Shown here in pieces: positions 35,942 through 44,742 of a stretch of DNA of 64,000 nucleotides. Both the position numbers and the translations under genes were made by a program. Location: contig JAURNR010000013.1 of NCBI GenBank assembly GCA_030830065.1, positions 791 to 64,790 of the forward strand, written 5' to 3'. The stretch comes from Bacteroidota bacterium (lineage in GTDB: Bacteria > Bacteroidota > Bacteroidia > NS11-12g > UBA955). Under the pieces are notes generated by a model. The model made no database searches. It saw only the letters and a program-made list of their open reading frames with translations, and was not told the origin of the DNA. How positions within the stretch are numbered: position 1 is the stretch's first letter; each line of letters begins with the position of its first letter.

Positions 35942-37627
35942 ATGCGTAAATTAATTGAATGTGTCCCAAATTTTAGCGAGGGAAACAATCTTCAAGTTAT
36001 TCAACAGATTACTGATACAATTGAAACCGTTGAAGGAGTTAAGTTATTAAATGTAGACCCTGGAAAAGCAACTAATAGAACGGTAGTTACATTTGTTGGA
36101 GAACCCGAACCCTTAATAGAGGCTGCATATTTGGCCATTCAAAAAGCGAGTAAACTCATAGACATGAGTAAGCACAAAGGGGAACATCCAAGAATGGGTG
36201 CAACTGATGTATGTCCATTAATTCCAATTTCTGGAATAAGTATGGAAGAAACCGCTGAATATGCTCAAAAGCTTGCAAAACGAGTAGGTGAAGAGTTGAA
36301 GATTCCCACTTATCTATATGAATCAGCTCAACCAAATAAAGGAAGATCAAACCTTAGTGTAATTCGTTCCGGAGAATACGAAGGTTTTTTTGATAAAATC
36401 CAAAGGGAAGAATGGAAACCAGATTTTGGACCTGCAGAAATGAATACACAAACAGGTGCCACTTGCATTGGAGCAAGAGATTTTCTAATTGCATACAATT
36501 TAAATATTAATACAAAAAGTTCAAGAATTGCAAACAGAATTGCATTTGACATTAGAGAAGCAGGCCGCGTAAAACGAGAAGGAAATCCAATTTCAGGACC
36601 CGTAGTAAACGATAAGAATGGTGAGCCCGTTAGGATACCTGGCAGATTAAAACACGTAAAGGCAATTGGATGGTATATTGAAGAGTATGGTATTGCTCAA
36701 ATTAGTGCAAACCTTACCAATTTTAGAGAAACACCCTTACACATTGTTTTTGAAGAAGCTTCAAAATCAGCTACAGAGAGAGGCGCTCGAATTACTGGAA
36801 GTGAACTTGTCGGACTTGTTCCATTGCAATGCCTCACAGATGCTGGAAAATATTTTTTGGAGAAACAAGGCTTAAGTTCTGGAGTTGATGAAAAAACATT
36901 AGTTCAAATCGCTATCAAATCTATGGGATTAGACGAGCTTTCCCCATTCGATCCTAAGAACAGAGTCATTGAATATATGCTTGAAAACGAAAGTGATAGT
37001 AGATTGATAAACATGACTGTACGCGAATTTTCAAATGAAACAGCAAGCGATTCTCCAGCACCAGGTGGAGGAAGTATTTCAGCACTCGCAGGGGCTTTAG
37101 GTGCATCATTAGGAACTATGGTTGCTAATTTGAGTGCAGGAAAAAGAGGTTGGGAAGATCGGGTTTCTGAATTCAGCCCATGGGCAGCAAAAGGTCAAAA
37201 ATTAAAAGATGAATTATTAACTCTCGTTGATGAGGACACCCGGGCATTCGATCGAATTATGAGTGCTTTTGGATTACCTAAAAGCACGCCAGAAGAAAGA
37301 GCGATTAGAAAAAATGCGATTGAAGAAGCAAGCCAATACGCTACTGAAATACCATATAAAACTATGCAAGTAGCATACAGTTGTATACCATTACTTAAAG
37401 AGATGTCAGAAAAAGGAAACCCAAATAGTTTGTCTGATGTTGGAGTAGCCGTAATTTGTATAAAAACTGCGGTAAGAGGAGCTTGGTTTAATGTATTGAT
37501 AAATGCCAAAGGATTAGATGATAGAAAATTCGCGGATAAAATTGTATCAGATGCTAAACAATTGCTACAAAAAAATCATAGTGAATGTGATATAATTGCA
37601 AATGATATTGAAAACCGTTTGATGTAA
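35942..37627 (+). CDS. ftcD: bifunctional glutamate formimidoyltransferase / formimidoyltetrahydrofolate cyclodeaminase
   Basis: 561 aa. The N-terminus LIECVPNFSEG...HPRMGATDVCP is the formiminotransferase. The C-terminal ~200 aa (SPAPGGGSISALAGALGASLGTMVANLS) is the cyclodeaminase domain. Confidence 0.9.
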   Translation: MRKLIECVPNFSEGNNLQVIQQITDTIETVEGVKLLNVDPGKATNRTVVTFVGEPEPLIEAAYLAIQKASKLIDMSKHKGEHPRMGATDVCPLIPISGISMEETAEYAQKLAKRVGEELKIPTYLYESAQPNKGRSNLSVIRSGEYEGFFDKIQREEWKPDFGPAEMNTQTGATCIGARDFLIAYNLNINTKSSRIANRIAFDIREAGRVKREGNPISGPVVNDKNGEPVRIPGRLKHVKAIGWYIEEYGIAQISANLTNFRETPLHIVFEEASKSATERGARITGSELVGLVPLQCLTDAGKYFLEKQGLSSGVDEKTLVQIAIKSMGLDELSPFDPKNRVIEYMLENESDSRLINMTVREFSNETASDSPAPGGGSISALAGALGASLGTMVANLSAGKRGWEDRVSEFSPWAAKGQKLKDELLTLVDEDTRAFDRIMSAFGLPKSTPEERAIRKNAIEEASQYATEIPYKTMQVAYSCIPLLKEMSEKGNPNSLSDVGVAVICIKTAVRGAWFNVLINAKGLDDRKFADKIVSDAKQLLQKNHSECDIIANDIENRLM

Positions 37628-38577
37628 TGCAAAAAATACTTCTAACATTATTGTCGTGCTGTTCAGTTGCGCTTTATGCTCAATTTGGAACACCTGCGGG
37701 AGAGGTTGGAAGTACAGCAATACATGCAGACAGCAATTGCTTTATTGATTGGGGAAATACAGCTCACATTATTAAAGGCTACATGGATATTTCAATGCCC
37801 GATTCTGGCACTGTGGATGTTGGCAGTGCAGAGTCTGCATGCGGGCCTGCCAAACAAAATGGAGTAGTAAGTCTTGGTGACTCGGGAGTTGCAGTTGTTC
37901 AATTTTTCAATGCAATAATTGATGGAGCTGGTTTTGATTTTGCCATTTTTGAAAATGCTTTTAATGATACTTTCCTAGAATTAGCACATGTTGAAATAAG
38001 CAACGATGGTGAAACTTATTACAGGTTTCCATCAACATCATTAACTCAATACAAAAAACAATTAGGTACGTTTGATGGAATCAATACCGAGAAAATCCAC
38101 AATCTTGCGGGTAAATACCGTTTCCCTTATGGAACACCATTCGATATTTCAGAGTTAGACTCAGTTTATACAGACCTTCCAGAGGAGTTTTATTTTGTAA
38201 GAATTACAGATGTAATTGGAAGTATAAATCCTAAATGGGCATCTAAAGATCAGTTAGGCAATATAATTAACGACCCTTGGCCGACACCGTTTATTAGTTC
38301 TGGCTTTGATTTAGATGCAGTAGGAATGATAAATGGTAGAATTACCAACTGTGTTAATCTTCAAACACATCCATCTTTATATTTCTATTCCATTAATGAA
38401 GAGACATTTATTAAATCAAGAGAATCCTGTACTATTAAATTTTACAATAATTCAGGAATGCTTGTTGAGGTTATTAGTATTCTAAAAAGTGGTGACACCA
38501 TCCCAGTTAAACTACAAAAATCAGGAGTATATTATTGGAAGACAGAACAATATTCGGGAGGTATTTTTATTAAGTAA
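37627..38577 (+). CDS. secreted cell-surface protein of unknown function, probable T9SS type A C-terminal domain
   Basis: 316 aa with signal peptide MQKILLTLLSCCSVALYAQ. The conserved-looking core GFDFAIFENAF...LELAHVEISNDG...SGFDLDAVGMI belongs to no family I can name. The C-terminal ~70 aa are beta-rich and end ..GVYYWKTEQYSGGIFIK. The ATG shares one nt with the ftcD stop (TAATG). Confidence 0.55.
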   Translation: MQKILLTLLSCCSVALYAQFGTPAGEVGSTAIHADSNCFIDWGNTAHIIKGYMDISMPDSGTVDVGSAESACGPAKQNGVVSLGDSGVAVVQFFNAIIDGAGFDFAIFENAFNDTFLELAHVEISNDGETYYRFPSTSLTQYKKQLGTFDGINTEKIHNLAGKYRFPYGTPFDISELDSVYTDLPEEFYFVRITDVIGSINPKWASKDQLGNIINDPWPTPFISSGFDLDAVGMINGRITNCVNLQTHPSLYFYSINEETFIKSRESCTIKFYNNSGMLVEVISILKSGDTIPVKLQKSGVYYWKTEQYSGGIFIK

Positions 38578-39699
38578 TTATTTTAAAAGTCCTACCATTT
38601 CAAGTGTGCTCAAGAAACGACCTTGTACATTATTTGTAAGCACCACAAAACTTTTATCCTCGTCTAAACAAATCCAAAAATATGTACGGAAGCCTTTCCA
38701 CCAACCGTTATGAAACACCCATTTCTTACCATCTATCCATTTGACTCGCCAACCCATGGCATAATAAGAATCTGCAGATGTAACCGTTTGAGGGGTCCAC
38801 ATTTCCTCCTTTGTAGATTTATGTAATATATAGCTCCCTCTTAACGCTCGCTCTAAATTAAACATCTCAAATACACTTGAATAAACACCTTTATCACCAG
38901 TGGTTCCATTCTCTGGAATATCCTCATAAACCCTCCAAGATCTATACCCTTGCACTGGATAATTCACTAATGGCAATGAATCAAAATTACAAATGTGGGT
39001 ATATTTCATTTCCGCAGTTTCACAGATATACCGTTTTACAAAACTTCTAAAATCTGTATTACTAACTCTTTCAACTATCATACTAAGCAAAACATAATTG
39101 GTGTTACTGTAATCGTAAAATCCAAATCTTGAGTAAACCCTTTTGGGCTGCCTATTAATGATATCTATGACGTCCTCATTTTTAAGATGCTTTTGCCCTT
39201 CGGGAATTTCAAATCCTCTATATTTAACATAAAAATAATCTGGTAAACCACTCGTATGACTGAGTAAATGCCTGATTGTTAAATTTCTAGTGTTTAACTC
39301 TGGAATATACCAATGAACCGAATCATTAATATTTAAATAACCGTCTTGGTGCAACATCATTACAGACATTGAAGTGAATACTTTAGAAACAGATGCTAGT
39401 TGAAATAGATCGGAAGGTTCTACACTGTCTCTATTGCTATATATTGAATACCCGCGTGTTCCGTAATGTATACTATCGTTACTGTAGAATAAATAGGAGC
39501 CATTAAAATCACCAACAATCTTGTGATGGTAATCAAAGAAATTTTCAAGCTTCAGATGAGTTGAGTCTGAAAATTCATTGTAGTTTTCTAATAACGATGA
39601 AAAACTCTCACTCCCTGTTGCTCGAGCGTTGAGATTTAAATCAATATTATATATAAACAGTAGTAAGATAAAAAGCGCGCCGTGTCTTTTTCTCATCAT
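38578..39699 (-). CDS. serine hydrolase, beta-lactamase/PBP4*-like family
   Basis: 373 aa with a signal peptide. SxxK motif in LASVSKVFT, plus the YSNTNY (YxN) motif. Confidence 0.8.
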   Translation of the reverse strand: MMRKRHGALFILLLFIYNIDLNLNARATGSESFSSLLENYNEFSDSTHLKLENFFDYHHKIVGDFNGSYLFYSNDSIHYGTRGYSIYSNRDSVEPSDLFQLASVSKVFTSMSVMMLHQDGYLNINDSVHWYIPELNTRNLTIRHLLSHTSGLPDYFYVKYRGFEIPEGQKHLKNEDVIDIINRQPKRVYSRFGFYDYSNTNYVLLSMIVERVSNTDFRSFVKRYICETAEMKYTHICNFDSLPLVNYPVQGYRSWRVYEDIPENGTTGDKGVYSSVFEMFNLERALRGSYILHKSTKEEMWTPQTVTSADSYYAMGWRVKWIDGKKWVFHNGWWKGFRTYFWICLDEDKSFVVLTNNVQGRFLSTLEMVGLLK

Positions 39700-39766
39700 T
39701 CCAAAAATAATGCGATGAAAGATCTTTTAAAAAAGAATTTCTTAACAGTGTTCTAAAAATTATCCG

Positions 39767-40366
39767 CTATGGGATATTCATATATTTATGCGTTTGTAAG
39801 GAAATTTGCCAATCAGGGTATTTTTTAACAAAATTTATAATTGAAGGTAATAATTCATCTTGTTTTTCCCATTCTGGTTGAAGGTATTTTTTACAATGCG
39901 AATCACATTCTTTCGCCCACTGTAATGCCCAATTAAAATCCGAAGGATTAAAAACTACAATTTTCAATTCATCCGCACGCTTCATTTCATCGGGGATCGG
40001 GAACTTGAATTTTTTAGGACTAATGCAAATCCAATTAAAGCGACCCTTTATTGGGTGAGCAGCCGAAGTTTCAATATGTACAAAAATTTGTTCCTTTCTA
40101 AATACTTCGCATAATTCGGTTAAATCATACATTGCAGGTTCTCCTCCAGTAATTACTACCCGATTTGCCTGAGAATCTTTAACCCACTTTAACATTTCTC
40201 GAATGGAATAGCGGGCATAACCTTCAGTATCCCAACTTTCTTTAACGTCGCACCAAACGCATCCAACATCACAACCCGCCAGACGAATAAAATATGCGGC
40301 ATATCCGGTAAATGCTCCTTCTCCTTGAATTGTATAGAAGTGTTCCATTACCGGCAACTTCATCAT
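39767..40366 (-). CDS. queE: 7-carboxy-7-deazaguanine synthase QueE (radical SAM)
   Basis: 199 aa. FYTIQGEG...IRLAGCDVGCVWCD cluster motif and ITGGEP. 4-nt overlap with the folD stop. Confidence 0.85.
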   Translation of the reverse strand: MMKLPVMEHFYTIQGEGAFTGYAAYFIRLAGCDVGCVWCDVKESWDTEGYARYSIREMLKWVKDSQANRVVITGGEPAMYDLTELCEVFRKEQIFVHIETSAAHPIKGRFNWICISPKKFKFPIPDEMKRADELKIVVFNPSDFNWALQWAKECDSHCKKYLQPEWEKQDELLPSIINFVKKYPDWQISLQTHKYMNIP

Positions 40367-41244
40367 AATGTCCTTTTTCTAGCTTTTAATGTGTTGTTTA
40401 ACAAACCTGTTATAGTCATCGGCCCAACACCTCCAGGAACTGGTGTTATGAATGATGCCTTTGCTGAGGCCGTATCGAAATCCACATCACCACATAAACG
40501 CCACCCAGCTTTTTTTGTGTCATCATCCACACGCGTTGTACCAACATCAATTACAACTGCACCTTCCTTTATCATACCTCCCTTAACAAATCCAGGTATA
40601 CCTACCGCGGCAACAATGATATCTGCTTGAAGACATACCTCTTTCAAATTTTTGGTACGAGAATGACAAACCGTCACCGTAGCATTACCTGTTTTATTTG
40701 AGTTTGATAACAATATACTCATTGGTCTACCCACAATATTACTTCTACCAACTACAACAGCATGCTTCCCTGAAGTTTCAATGTTGTAATACTCCAGTAA
40801 CATGGTTATACCCAACGGTGTGGCCGAAATATATCCACTATTATCCCCTTTGGCTAATTTACCCATGTTTATATCGTGAAATCCATCAACATCCTTTTCA
40901 GGAAGAATAGTTTGAGTTACTAAGTTTTCATCAATATGATTTGGTAAGGGTAACTGGACAATTAAACCATCTATTTCAGTGTCGTTATTTATTTCTTCAA
41001 CCTTTGCAATAAGTTCATCTTGTGTTATAGTATCAGGATATCTTAATATGGTACCTGTAAAGCCTACTAAATTACAAGCCTTCTCTTTTGCTGCGACATA
41101 GGTTTTGCTTCCTCCATCTTCTCCCACCAATATTGCAACAAGATGAGGTGGCCTATGACCATTAGAAACCATTTCAGAAACCTCATCCGCTATCCTTTGT
41201 TTAAAATGATTTGATACCGTTTTACCATCCAATAAGTTATCCAT
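40363..41244 (-). CDS. folD: bifunctional methylenetetrahydrofolate dehydrogenase/cyclohydrolase FolD
   Basis: 293 aa. PHLVAILVGEDGGSKTYV, DGLIVQLPLP, VVVGRSNIVGRPM and TPVPGGVGPMT. Confidence 0.95.
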   Translation of the reverse strand: MDNLLDGKTVSNHFKQRIADEVSEMVSNGHRPPHLVAILVGEDGGSKTYVAAKEKACNLVGFTGTILRYPDTITQDELIAKVEEINNDTEIDGLIVQLPLPNHIDENLVTQTILPEKDVDGFHDINMGKLAKGDNSGYISATPLGITMLLEYYNIETSGKHAVVVGRSNIVGRPMSILLSNSNKTGNATVTVCHSRTKNLKEVCLQADIIVAAVGIPGFVKGGMIKEGAVVIDVGTTRVDDDTKKAGWRLCGDVDFDTASAKASFITPVPGGVGPMTITGLLNNTLKARKRTL

Positions 41245-41269
41245 GCTTCACAAATTTAGATAAAAAGGT

Positions 41270-43684
41270 TCAGTTCAGTTCAATTATCGTACACCCATCA
41301 CCGCCTTGGTCCATCCTTTCACTTTTCCATGATTTAACTCTATTTTCAGTTCTAAGAAAAGAATGTACTCCTCTTCTCAAATTTCCCTCCCCTCTTCCAT
41401 GGATTACTTTCAACTCTCCTGCTCCTAAAACATATCCTTCATCTAACCAAGGAGTAATCTTTGAAAGTGCTTCATCAACTAACATTCCTCTAATATCAAT
41501 AGTTGGTGAAAATGATGATTTACGATCTACCCATTTAAACCCTTGATTGGAATTATTTTTACTTTTCTTCGAATTTGTTTTCTCATATCCTGATAGTTCA
41601 GATTTCGGAACCCACATTTTAACCAATCCAAAAACAACCAGAATTTTATCTTTTTTAACCTCTATAATTTCTCCATTTTGACCATTCACGATACTTTTTA
41701 CTTTGGCACCAGGAATAAAATCAACAGGGATAAATTCTTCTACTTTTTTTAATTCTTCCTTTTCGGCTGACTTATCATTAACAACTTGTTGTTTTCTATC
41801 AATACCTTTTAATAAAGACTCTTTATTTTTATTAAAATCTTCTCGTGCTTCTTTGGTGAACTTTGAATCTGCCGAATTTTCCCTAATTATTCGAATTGTC
41901 TGCTCAATTTGCTGATTTGCTTTCGACAGTATCTTTTCAGATTCGCGTTTTGTTTGAAATAAAATATCTTGCCTTTTAACCGCTAATTTCTCCTTTAATT
42001 TAGAGTACTCTTGTTTCAGCTCGTCTAAATGATCTTGTTTTTTAATATTTGCATGAATTAATGTCTCTAATTCTTGATGCTTTTTTTCAAGATCCAACAT
42101 TAAATCTTCTGTTTTTCCAAGTTCTTCACCAGCATTTTTTTGAATTCCATTAATCCATGAAGCATCAAAACCTGTTTTTCGCATTAGCTCCAACGCAAAA
42201 CTACTTCCCGGCTTTCCCATTACAAATCGATACAGGGGTTTCAATTCCAATGCATCATATGCCATACTTGCTTGCATTACACCATTAATATTTCCTCCCC
42301 ACTCTCTAATTTGTGAAAAGTGTGTGGTAGCTAATACTGTAGATTTTTTATGAAGAAGTGCTTCTAGCACAGATTGTGCAATAGGCGCTCCAAATCTTGG
42401 GTCCGTTCCCGTACCTAATTCATCTAACCCTACTAAAGTTTTATCGTTGGCATTTTTGAGAATAAATTTTAAATTAGCCAAATGAGCACTGAATGTACTT
42501 AATCCAGATTCCAAGGATTGTCCATCACCACAATCAATACCAAGAAATTCAAAAACTCCCAATTCTGACCCTTCGGCAGCAGGAATATATAAGCCACATT
42601 GAACCATATATTGAAGAAGCAAGGTGGTCTTTAAAACAACACTTTTCCCACCGGCATTTGGACCACTTACCACAACAATCTTCTTATCCTTAAATTCTAT
42701 GTCTAAAGGAATAACCTTTCTGTTTTCTTTAGTTAATTGTTGCTTTAATACCGGGTGGAAGGCTTTTCTAATATTTATTGAATTAGATTTTGAGATTTTT
42801 GGCCTAATGCCATCTATACGGTGAGAAAAACGGTTCTTTGCATAGATGAAATCGGCGATTGTGAGTGTATTATTTACAGATATAAGAACATTGGTAAATG
42901 GCTTTAATCTAAGGGTCAATTGTTTTAAAATCCTTTCCCGCTCTCTCCGTTTTTGAGCAATAACCTCTTTCCAACGGTTATTCATTTCCAAAGTTTGTGA
43001 TGGTTCCACAAACAGTACTTTTCCTGTTGCAGATACGTCTTTCACGAATCCCGAAACTTTACGTTTATATTCGGCTAAAATAGGAATCACCAACTTTTCT
43101 TCCCTCACCGTAATATCCGTATCCGCGGTATAACCTAAATTCTTCCACTCTCTAAAAACTCCTTTTGTTAAGGACCGTATCTCTTTCTCTAACCTATTCA
43201 ATTCATTAGATAGCTTTTGGTAATCAGCACTGGCATTTACTCTAATTTCACCCTCATTATCAATTACCGTTTTAATAGCTGATTCTAATTCATTTAGATT
43301 TGTTTGATTTCTGAATAATTCGAAAAATAAAGGGTGTATTTCATTTTTATCAGAAAGAAAATTTGCAAATTTTCCTTGAAAATGGATTAGATTTAAAATA
43401 GCTACCCACTGATTTTCAATTAAGAAATATCCATCAACATCTACATATTTCAAAAATGGGGTTACATCTGAAACTCCTACCCAATTGAAAACTGAAGGTG
43501 CAACCTCTAGAATCTTATCACATTCAAAAATTAGACCTAATTCTTGCTCAATTAGTTCAACATCCGAATTCATGTTAAAGGTCTCCCCTTTTAATTTAGA
43601 AGACTCTAGTCTACAGAGTTCAACAATCTGCTGCCTAATGACATCAAACCCAATAATATTTTCAAAGTTCTCAGGAAAAATCAA
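41270..43684 (-). CDS. mutS2: endonuclease MutS2 (MutS ATPase plus Smr domain)
   Basis: 804 aa. Walker A SGPNAGGKS, DELGTGTDP, a coiled-coil middle, and a C-terminal Smr domain (IDIRGMLVDEAL...VIHGRGEGNLRRGV). Confidence 0.95.
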   Translation of the reverse strand: MIFPENFENIIGFDVIRQQIVELCRLESSKLKGETFNMNSDVELIEQELGLIFECDKILEVAPSVFNWVGVSDVTPFLKYVDVDGYFLIENQWVAILNLIHFQGKFANFLSDKNEIHPLFFELFRNQTNLNELESAIKTVIDNEGEIRVNASADYQKLSNELNRLEKEIRSLTKGVFREWKNLGYTADTDITVREEKLVIPILAEYKRKVSGFVKDVSATGKVLFVEPSQTLEMNNRWKEVIAQKRRERERILKQLTLRLKPFTNVLISVNNTLTIADFIYAKNRFSHRIDGIRPKISKSNSINIRKAFHPVLKQQLTKENRKVIPLDIEFKDKKIVVVSGPNAGGKSVVLKTTLLLQYMVQCGLYIPAAEGSELGVFEFLGIDCGDGQSLESGLSTFSAHLANLKFILKNANDKTLVGLDELGTGTDPRFGAPIAQSVLEALLHKKSTVLATTHFSQIREWGGNINGVMQASMAYDALELKPLYRFVMGKPGSSFALELMRKTGFDASWINGIQKNAGEELGKTEDLMLDLEKKHQELETLIHANIKKQDHLDELKQEYSKLKEKLAVKRQDILFQTKRESEKILSKANQQIEQTIRIIRENSADSKFTKEAREDFNKNKESLLKGIDRKQQVVNDKSAEKEELKKVEEFIPVDFIPGAKVKSIVNGQNGEIIEVKKDKILVVFGLVKMWVPKSELSGYEKTNSKKSKNNSNQGFKWVDRKSSFSPTIDIRGMLVDEALSKITPWLDEGYVLGAGELKVIHGRGEGNLRRGVHSFLRTENRVKSWKSERMDQGGDGCTIIELN

Positions 43685-44013
43685 CGTTTAAATTCTTTTA
43701 ATTCTTCCTTTTGAAGTATTTCAATAACTTGTTCCATTATTTTCGAAAACTCAGCAGGACGCTCAGTGTAATAACGCATGGCGGAGTTAAAAGTTGTAGA
43801 ATCTAAACTATATTTTTGCATCAAGAAGGTATAATTCAATTTCCAAATTGAATCTGGAATAGTAATATAATTATTACCTATTTGCTCTGCCGCTTCCATT
43901 CTCATGGCATCTGCCATGATTGGAATCATCTTTTCTTTCGAAATAGGTGGATCTTCTGAACAGCCGATGATGAATATTGACAGAAGGATTGTTATTTTGC
44001 TTAAACGAATCAA
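43681..44013 (-). CDS. DUF4296-like lipoprotein
   Basis: 110 aa. Lipobox LSIFIIGC. The pattern KEKMIPIMADAMRMEAA...FNSAMRYYTERPAEF matches my memory of DUF4296. 4-nt overlap with the mutS2 start. Confidence 0.6.
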   Translation of the reverse strand: MIRLSKITILLSIFIIGCSEDPPISKEKMIPIMADAMRMEAAEQIGNNYITIPDSIWKLNYTFLMQKYSLDSTTFNSAMRYYTERPAEFSKIMEQVIEILQKEELKEFKR

Positions 44014-44034
44014 TATTGCAAAATTACAAAGAAA

Positions 44035-44694
44035 ATGACGCGAATTATAAACAATATCAAAGAGCTAAATAAAGAAATTTCTGATCAAACGCAATTAATT
44101 GTAGTTTCTAAGTATCGAGAAATAGATGAAATAAAAGAAGTTTATGATATTGGACACAGAGTTTTTGCAGAAAACCGGGTTCAAGCCATGCTTGAAAGAT
44201 ATTCAAAACTGCCAGAAGATATTCAGTGGCATTTAATTGGACATTTACAAACCAATAAAGTAAAATATATCGCACCTTTCATTTCCATGATTCAATCTGT
44301 TGACAGTATAAAGTTATTGTTAGAGATAGAAAAACAAGCATGTAAAAACAATAGAAAAATACCTGTACTTATACAGCTTCATGTGGCTCAGGAAGAAAGT
44401 AAATTTGGTATACCGATATCAAAAATTCCTATGTTTTTTGAAGAACTGATGAGTAATGAAACCCCCCATATTTTATACTCGGGTTTAATGGCTATGGCCA
44501 GCAACACCGAAAATTCATCTCAAATAGAATCCGAGTTTAACTTAGTCAAAAGCCAATTCCAGAAAATTAAAGATCAATATTTCAAATATCACCCAGAATT
44601 CAAAGAAATTTCTATGGGAATGAGTGGAGACTATAAAACTGCCATAAAATGCGGCAGCACAATGATTAGAGTAGGGTCAAAAGTTTTCAAATAA
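44035..44694 (+). CDS. yggS: YggS-family pyridoxal-phosphate homeostasis protein
   Basis: 219 aa. LIVVSKYR (PLP lysine), FAENRVQ, WHLIGHLQTNKVKY and SMGMSGDY. Confidence 0.9.
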   Translation: MTRIINNIKELNKEISDQTQLIVVSKYREIDEIKEVYDIGHRVFAENRVQAMLERYSKLPEDIQWHLIGHLQTNKVKYIAPFISMIQSVDSIKLLLEIEKQACKNNRKIPVLIQLHVAQEESKFGIPISKIPMFFEELMSNETPHILYSGLMAMASNTENSSQIESEFNLVKSQFQKIKDQYFKYHPEFKEISMGMSGDYKTAIKCGSTMIRVGSKVFK

Positions 44695-44697
44695 AAA

Positions 44698-44719
44698 AGG
44701 GTTACCAAACGGCAACCCT
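44698..44719. terminator. bidirectional intrinsic terminator hairpin between convergent yggS and dnaN
   Basis: AGGGTTACC-AAAC-GGCAACCCT forms 8 of 9 stem pairs with a 4-nt loop. It is preceded by AAAAAA (a U-tract for the minus-strand transcript) and followed by CTTGGTTATTCTTTT. This is the only convergent junction in the window with room for a terminator. Confidence 0.6.
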
Positions 44720-44742
44720 CTTGGTTATTCTTTTAGTTGAAT

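Noticed and set aside
38573-38585. An identical 13-mer GTAATTATTTTAA occurs at two convergent gene junctions (38573-38585 and 62848-62860), which could suggest a repeated element.
   Set aside because: It is fully explained by coding constraints. It consists of a plus-strand TAA stop, a minus-strand TAA stop (TTA) and the reverse complement of Leu-Lys C-terminal codons, since both minus-strand proteins end in ..LK. Homology does not extend beyond the 13 nt.
39767-40366. queE as a marker of a 7-deazaguanine DNA-modification (Dpd-like) island.
   Set aside because: No dpdA/tgt-like, queC, queD, folE or helicase/nuclease neighbours are present. It overlaps folD in what looks like a housekeeping arrangement for queuosine synthesis.
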